From an uncultured virus (IMG/VR IMGVR_UViG_3300000228_000008) (taxonomy: Duplodnaviria > Heunggongvirae > Uroviricota > Caudoviricetes): a DNA stretch of 64,000 bases. The first letter of the stretch is position 1, and every line of letters starts with the position of its first letter. The translations under genes and the position numbers were made by a program. The stretch lies in the IMG/VR virus record IMGVR_UViG_3300000228_000008. One strand, given 5' to 3'. The notes beneath the pieces were generated by a model. The model searched no databases. It was not told the origin of the DNA and saw only the letters and a list, made by a program, of their open reading frames with translations. Shown one piece after another: positions 22,001 to 31,000 of this stretch.

Positions 22001-25000
22001 TTGGGGGCCGGAGGGGACATGTTCAAAGCCTGGGCAGAGGATAATACTGGAGTAGTAAAAGCCGTAGCTCCAATGTTATTGACCATAGGTTTGTTAACTC
22101 CTGCTTTAAAGGCTTTAGGTAAAGAGTTTATGGATACCACAAGATCTTCACATGACTTCGCAAACTCAATGTATGGTTTAATAGAGAAAGACGAAACTTC
22201 ATTATCACAAATAAGAGACACAAAAAAATATTATGGAGATTTACAAAAGAAAGTTAAGAACATCTCTGATAGTGAGTCACCAGAGACTAAGAGTAGACAA
22301 AAATATCTTGGTACTTATACTCATCCACTAACTGCACTAACAGAGGTTCAAACAGAGTCATTAAAGTTAGGGGATACTATTGCAAAATCTAATATAAATA
22401 TGATTTCTGGGTACGATAATCTTGGTAATGCGATACTACGTACAACAGATAATTATAAAACTTTATTAGATACTTTCGAAAGATCTAAAATTAGAGATAT
22501 TGCTTCTAAAGATTCTCAAGTAGTTGCAAAACACATTGAAGCTTTAACAAAAACAGATGGTGCTGAAGGTTGGAAAAGTGAGCTGAAAGATCTTACTAAA
22601 GAAATACCTGTTATAGGTGAGATGATTAGTAATCAGATTAGTGTTTCTCCTGCTAAAAGTTTAGAAATATTAACAGGTAAATTAAACAATCTAGTTTCCA
22701 GAAAAAATGCATCACCAATGTCTACGATTTATGATGATGACATCACTAATTTACAAGGTAAACTTTCTAAAGTAAAGGATTCTTTTAATCATACATACTC
22801 TGAATTTAAAAGAACTTTAGCAGAAATCCCTACAGCTGGTTTAGGAAGAGATGAAATAGCTAACATATTCAGCGCAGATTCTTTAAAAGCTGGTTATAAA
22901 TTGATGTTGGAAGTTGAACCAGAATTTAATGTTAAAGGTGTAAAAGAAAAGATAACCCAGGGTGATGTCCTTGGTGCTGAAGTTATGCGTAGGGTCTTTC
23001 CTGAAAATTCTCTAATGGGTGCTACAAAAGAGTTAAGTATAGCTAATGCTGAATCTAAAGGACTTGCTTCACGACAAGGTAAAGTATTAAGTGGTGACTT
23101 AGTTACTTTCACTGATGATGTAACTGATAAATTTAATATGTCAGGAAAACAAGCTGTTGTAAAACTAAAAGAAACTTCTGATGGTATATTTGAGTGGGTT
23201 GCTACTTATTTTAATACAAAAACTTTAAAAATAGAAGACCGTAAGTTTGATAGTAATTTACAGGATTTAGTAGAAAATATTTTACCAACAAAAGCCATTG
23301 AACAAGACATGTCCGATAGAATTGAAGCTCTTAGTACTTTTGTTACTGGAGCCAGTGCTGGTTTAGTTGGTATAGCTAAAAAAGGGTTCAAATCAGACTT
23401 TAATTTAGGTGAGCGTTTTTTTAGTGATATTTCTACTTCAACTTTAATTCAAGGAGACAAGGGTTTCAATCCTTTAGAAGGTTTTGGTGAATCTAAACTT
23501 CAAACAGGGTGGGCCGATGATTTTGAAAAATATTATAATAAACCACTACAGGAGTATAAAACAAGTTTAGAAGAACTTGAAAAAATGCATTTAGAGGGTC
23601 TAGACGCAGGCAGTACAGAAATGTCTACAAGTTTGTATGAATCTTTAGTAAAATTACAGAATATACTAAAAAATAATCAAGTAGTGCTACAATATAGAGC
23701 CGTATTTGCAGATCTTACCAAGACCATGGATGCTAATACCAGAGCTATAAAAGAAAACATAGCTATTGAAAAAACTAGATCATCTTTATCTAAGGAAACA
23801 GGTGGTTTACTAAAAGGTAAAGATATCTCTTTAGCTAATATAGACCTTGGTAAATATAATAAAAGCGAACTTACCGCTCAAGAACGTTTATTGCTGAAGG
23901 ATGATACGTTTTCAGGTAAAGCAAATAAATTAAAAGAATTAGATATTAAAAAGACTGGGACAGCTGAGCAGCTTTACGCTATAGAAAGGTCTAAGGTAGC
24001 TCTTGATAGTATTAAAGAATTGTCAGCAGGCTTTGGTACTTCTTTAAGTACAGACGATTTAAGTAAATATACTGAAACAGTGGCTAAAACTGGTGATTTA
24101 GGAATTGCAGAATTAAAAATAGACACAAGCAATACCGCAGAAAATACAGCAAAAACTGTTGATAAACTAGATGAAATATTATCTAATTTAGAAGACAAGT
24201 CTGGTGCTAAAGATATGGAAAGTAGCTTTAAAGATGCACTAGACTTTATACTACCTTCTTTAAATATTACTAAAAATGAAAGACTAGGTGAGGCTTTAGA
24301 TAGAGTAGCTTCTATTCGTAATGAATCAGTTTCTTCTGGTGATAATGCCACCACTATAAAAGCTAACGCTGCTTTAGACTCTCTTACAAAACAACTTGTT
24401 GATAGTATGGGTCTTGAAGGAGCTGTTAACAAAGTTAATAGCGGTGTATTTGGTTCTGGTGATTTTAAAGGAGAAGAACTCGTTCAAAGAGCTTTTGGTG
24501 GTTTAGATTTTAAAACTCTTTCCAGTGAAATGAAATCAAAAATGCCAGATGAAACTTCTTGGTTTGGTTTATTTTCTAAAAAAGGCACCCCTTCTTTTGA
24601 CAAAACTACAGAAGAAGTACAGTTATTACAAGAAGAAAATAGAGCTTCCGCTAAAAATAATTCATTATTTAGTTCAAAAAACTTAGCTGGAGCAGCAACA
24701 GGTTTCGGTGTTTATCAAGCATTTAATACTAATTTTTCTAATAAAAAGATTGAGGCTTACGAAAAAGAAATTGCAGCACTTAAAGAAAGAGAAAATGAAA
24801 TAGGTTTCGTAGAATATGGTCCTCAAATGTCTGCTTTGACTTCTGCTAAAGCTGAAGAAGAGAAGAAGGCTCGTATGTACGGTACTATGCGATATGCTGC
24901 TGGCGGGGCTTCTGGTAGTATGCTTTTAGCTAGAAATCTTGGTATGTCGGAAGATAATATAAAAAGATTAGGTGCAGGAGGAGCAGCTTTAGGTGTATAT

Positions 25001-28000
25001 GGTGCTGCAAAACTACAACAAGGTATGACCGGCGATGATTTACCACCTATAGTAAAAGATTTTGGTAAAGAGGTGACTATATTCTTTGATACAATGAAAA
25101 ATTCCAGCGGTGGGTTTTTCAGTAAAATATTTAAAGAGGGCCCAGCCACCAGTAGATTTAAAGGCGCTTCAGAAGACTTTATGAAACAGTTTGCTGAAGA
25201 AACTTTAGATCTAAAAGCCACACCCAGTGAAACAGCTAAAGACAGGGATGAAAAATATAATGCTGCTTCTGACGCATTTACAAAAACAAAAGATGATTTT
25301 ATGTTTGATGCTGAATGGAAAGCAAAAGAATTAAAGCGCACTATTGAAAATCCAAATGCTGATTTACGTTCAAAAACATCAGAATCTGTTGGTCAGATGT
25401 CAGAAGATGCTAAAAACAAATTAGCTGCTTTAAAAGAATATCTAAAAACATATAGTCAAGACACTATTAAATCTGCTGAAGATAAAATGGCCAGAGGCCA
25501 GGAAAATAATTTAGGCGAAGAAGCTTCTCAAGTTTTTGAAGGGGTAAAAGTTAAATCAAAAGAAGCGTACTCAGAATATAAAGATAAATTTACAGAAGCC
25601 TCTGACTTTGCAGGTAAGACAAAAGATTACGCTTCTGAGATGTCTTTGGGAGCTTTAGATGCTTTGGTAGAAGCTCTATTAAAAAATACAGAAGCTGTAA
25701 ATAATAATACTTCAACAGAAGGTGGTAAAGCTTTTGGTGGTTTTGTTCAAAGATTTGCAGATGGTGGAACTGTAAAACAGATTATGCCTGGCAGTGGTGA
25801 TAAACAACCTTCTTTACTTACTGCAGGAGAAGAAGTTTTAACTGCGGAACAACATAAAAAATTAAAACCGTTTCTAGACATTAAAATACTTAATCCGAAG
25901 CCTATGGATGGTGGGTTTAGTTCAGGTGGTACTACTGTTGGTAAAACAGCTGCTAAAAAACTTCCTGGTTTAGGCACTGCAATAGCTGCAGCTTCTGCTA
26001 CAGGAAGAGTTATGGCTGGTGATTATCTTGGTGCTGGTTTAGAGATGGCTTCTGGGTTGGTGAGTAACGTACCTGTTTTAGGTACTGCTGCTAGTTTTAT
26101 TTTAGATGGGGCCTTACTTGGTAATGATTTACTTTCTAATAAAACACCCTCTTTAGAAGACATAAGAAATACAAAAAGTGGTTTACAAGACAGATTTAAT
26201 GAAGTAATAGCTCGCAGATCTGGTAGAGGTTTTGCTACTGGTGGGTTGCTAGGACAAGGCCCACTAAAAGAGCGTATCGTAGGTCTATCAGGTAAAGGTA
26301 AATTAGCTCTTTTAGCTGGGGCCTTGGGAACTGCCAGTCTTTTTGGCGACTCAGAAGAAGAAAAAAATTACGCTACTGGTGGTTTTATATATACAGGTTT
26401 AAAGGGTTTAGGTAAGTTATCAATTTCTGGTTTGAGTCTTGGGGCCGCAGGGTTGTTTGGTGTTGGTAAAGGTTTAAAAAGTTTATTTAGTAGTAACTTA
26501 AGTAAAAAAACTTACAAAAAAGTTTCTGAAAGTCCTGTTTTTGCTAATAACATAGATGGCATTTACGACAACTATAATAAATTCAAAGAAAATAGTCCTA
26601 AGCTATATGAAGCCATAGCTACCGGTACTATGGGTACTTTAGGTTTGAGCGCTGCCAATAATATATATAACTATGAGAAGGATGAAGATATTTATGGTAA
26701 CTATAATGCTCATGGTGGGTTGATAAATTCTTTTGCTGGAGGAGGATACACCACAGGTTTAATAGCTGGTCCTGGTACAGGGACATCCGACTCTATACCA
26801 ATGAGCGATGTACCTGAAGGCTCCTTTATTGTGCCTTCAAAATATGCGCAAAAAGCGAAAGATCAGATCGAGCTTGCTAGTGGTGGTAGAGCAACTTCTA
26901 ATATAAAAGTAAGTAATGGTGAATACTTTATAGCTCCAGAAGATGCTTCAGAAATAGGTGAAGAAAATTTAAAAAAATTACAGCACGGGCAAAAGACTAA
27001 TTTTTCTAATGGTGGTATTATAAAACGTTTTGCTGAGGGTGGGACAGTAACTAGTGCTCCTGATTCAGTCATAGCTATTGATCAAGAAAGTATCAATAGA
27101 TTAGCACAAGCCTCAGCAGCTGCAGCAGCTTTTACTTTTTCAAGATATGCTTCAGAAAAAACAGCAGATAAAACAAGAGCTGTAGATTTATCAAATATGG
27201 CAGAAGGTGAGAATACTGCTATATATGAAGCTATTATGACCAATTCTGAGGCCGCCCAAAAAGTTTATTCAGATTTAAATGTCCCACAAACCTCAGATAA
27301 TACCAGTGAAGTAGAAACTGAAGAAGTATCTAAAGTTTTAGACACTAATAAAGAATACAATAAAATTTTAGAAGAGCAAAGAAATATAGAAAAATCTTTA
27401 ATAGCTGAACATAATACATATAATGAGGAGATAAGTAAACTTAAAGAAGAAATGCATAAAGTTGAGATAGCTGAGAAATTTGCTATGGAAATTGAAGCTA
27501 TGAATAAAGCTATAAAAGATAACCAGATAGCTGAGAATTTTAAACGTTCTTTAAAAATAGGCACAGGGGCTTTTGAAGGATTTAATGGACCAAGAGATAT
27601 AGATTTAACTACAAAAGGAGTAACAGATTTAAACAGTATGGAATTGTTACAACTTGTAGGTAAAAGAAAGAAAGACCAACAAGATTGGTATAAACCTTCT
27701 ACTTATATAAATCCAGTTAAGAATTTTGGTCTTCGTATGGTGAATTATGTAAATCCAGAAGATACTTATAATAATAAATATAGAGGTCAAAATGTTTTAA
27801 AAGAATATGGTAAACTTGAAGATAAAAAAACCATGTATACTTCTGTAATGAATAATGCTTTACAAAATAGATCTCAAGCAGCAGATGAAGATACCTACGA
27901 TAAATGGAACAAAGTTTTAGAAGATACTAAAGATAATTTAGAAAAGGTAGTAAGTAAGCAGGACGGTTATAGTGTGGCTTTAAGAGAACAAGCTCGTGCA

Positions 28001-31000
28001 ACAGACAAGGCCATGCATACTTTAACTCGTTTTAAAGAGGCTACTATTACTGTATCTAATATTAAAACAGAAGCAAACTATGGCTTTAATAATCGTGGTA
28101 TGGGTAATAGGCTGCGTGGAGCTATTTCCGATATATCTCTTTTACCAAGTGGTGTTGAAGATCTAAATAATCAACAGTATGCACATATGCAAGCAGGTAC
28201 TACGATGCGTGGTACTATTACACAACATAAAGTTAATACAGAGTTGTATAATCAGCTAATGCAAGAAGTTAAAATTATAGAAGCTGACAAAGCTAAGAGG
28301 GAGTCTGACAGAGTAGCTACTTCTGATAGAGGCTGGTTTTTTAAGGATAACGAACCACAAAAAATTGATAATGATATAGCAAATTTTGATAAACGAGCCA
28401 CCGACGCTAAAGAAAAATTAGAAGGTGTGGGTAGAGCACTTGAGCTAACAAGTCAGAAGATAAGCAATTTTTATGCAGTAACAGACGCAGCCAAGTCATT
28501 TGAGACTAGTATAAATGCCGTTAAATCTTCTATGTATTCAGCTGCTAAAGGTGCTGAAGGATTACAAACCAAATTAAATAATATGTATGGAGGGTCAGGA
28601 GCTTTTGCTCCACAATTAGTAGATATTAACCAGCGACAAGAAGCTGCCAAGTATAGTGTTAAATTAGAGCTTGGTAAATCTAATCAGTTTGATGTGGAAA
28701 AAGCAAATCTTCTTAAAACTATAAATGGCCCAGGAGATTATCAAACTAGGTATGATGCTTGGACTGCCTATGCAAATTTAAATAAAAAGAAAGAAGATTA
28801 TATAAAAAATGAAGAACTTCTTAAAAATTCTCAGAAGGTACGTGAATCAGTACAACCTGGCCAAGACTACCTTACTGCTATATCTATAGCTAGAACAAAA
28901 ATTAATGAGAGATTATTAAGTAATGAGTACCCAAGTGACGAAGCTAGACAGGAGGACACTAAGTCTTTGGCTGTTTTAGATAAAGGTTTTGAGGCGATGC
29001 TTGCTAAACTTGAAAGTGTTGCTAGTAGTAATACTCCTGCTACTGATTTAGATCTTTCTAATATGCGAGATATTATAGCTAATATCACTAAAGGGGTAGG
29101 CGGAGCAACTGTTAAAGATTTAGAAGAGTCCAAAGGACTTTCTGAAAATCCTATAGTAAATGGTATTCAAACGCAAACTAAAGAGCTGCTAGAGGGTTTA
29201 ATTAATAAAAATGATTTAGAGGAAATTAAAAAGTTATTACATGTTGAAGAAAGCCCTTCTACCTTTTCTACGGTTGCTAAGTGGTTTAAACCTAGAGAAA
29301 CTGGCCCAGAAAGGATTGGTCCATGGGCGGATGAACTTGCTTCAGGTGGGTCTGTAGGTAGAATTATAAGCGGCCCAGGCACAGGTACTTCTGATAGTAT
29401 AAATATGGCGGTGCCATCAGGTTCTTTTATTATTAAAGCTAAATATGCTCAAGCAGCAAAGAACGCTTTAAACACTTTTGCTGATGGGGGCCAAGTACCT
29501 ATAAAAGTAAGTAACGGTGAGTTATTGTTAGCACCAGCAGAAGTACAAAATATAGGTGGAACTAAAGTAGCTGAAGCGTTTAATAGTGGTAATTTTACTA
29601 CAAAAGGCTATGCTACAGGTGGATCTATTTCTAAAAAGTTAGAGGACGAGTTTCCATTTGCAGATCAATATCATGGAGAACCAGATAAGCCATTAGAAAC
29701 ACCTATGTTTGATCCTGTAGATTTATTACCTATTGCAGGTTTTTCAGGTATTTTAAAAGCTATTGCTGGAAAAGCCACAACACTTCTACCTAAAATTACT
29801 TCTAAATCAGCTGTAAGTTATGCTGGGAGTTATTTAGACGAAGCTAGAGGCATCATGGGTACCAATTTAGACGTATCCAAGTATACTAAAGATATACTAA
29901 ATAATGATAAAGTACTACAAGGAGTGCTTGAAAAAGGTAGATCTTTATATGGAGCAGATTCATCTTTAACTCAAATAGTTACAAGATCTGGAGCTGTTAC
30001 TTTAAAAAATATGGCAGAAAGTACCATAGCGCCCAATGTACTGTTACCTAAAACTCCCCCAGCTTTTAAACTCGAAGGATATTTACAGGAAGCGCAGAGA
30101 ATTATGGGTACTAACTTAGATGTTTCTAAATATACAAAAGAAATAGTAAGTAATGAAGAAATTTATAAAGCGGTATTAAATAGAGGAAAGTCTTTATATG
30201 GTGGTGATGTTTCTTTACCAAATATAGTTACAAGACAAGGGGCGGTTAATTTAAAGAACATGGTGGATGACATATCCGTAAAAGGTTATGCTGTTGGTGG
30301 CCAAGTACTATCTAAAGACGAAATTAGAGAAAAACTACAAAAACGTGTGTTAGGGCCTACTAAAGATGATTTAACATTGGACGCTTTAGCTGATGTAATA
30401 ACAAAAAATCAGTCTTTACTAGGTTATGTTAAATCGTTTGATGTTTCTTCCGCAAAGGATTATGGAAAAAGCGAAACCGCTATAGTAAATGCCAGACGTA
30501 GTATAGACGATCCAAATACTAAGTTGTGGTTTAATGAAAACTACGTGCAGGCAGCAAATGTTCACAAGATTTCTTCAATTTATGGAGACACTGACAAAGC
30601 TAAATTAGAAGGTGTTGTAGCTCGTGGGGTTGGTCATATTGCTGCTGGTAGCCTTAGAAAAGATAACCCAGAAAAATATGCATTGTGGATGGATAAGTTA
30701 GGTGGAATAGCAAGTAGTAGGCTAACAGAGTACGCAGCAAAAGCAAGAACAAGCTTTGATGAAGGTGAAGAAGACATACCAAGAGATGAAGTGGCTTTAG
30801 CAGAGATATTTAGGTTACACAATGCATCAGGATCAAAAAAATCATTTATGGATCTAGATCCAGCTAAAGCTATTGCAATGTATTATCCTGAATTAAAAAC
30901 AGATGAAGATGATCTAAGTGTTAATGGAGTAGATCTAGGCAATGGTTTAATGATGAGTACTCCAGGAAAGGATAGAGATCAGCTGCGTAAGCAGTTGATA

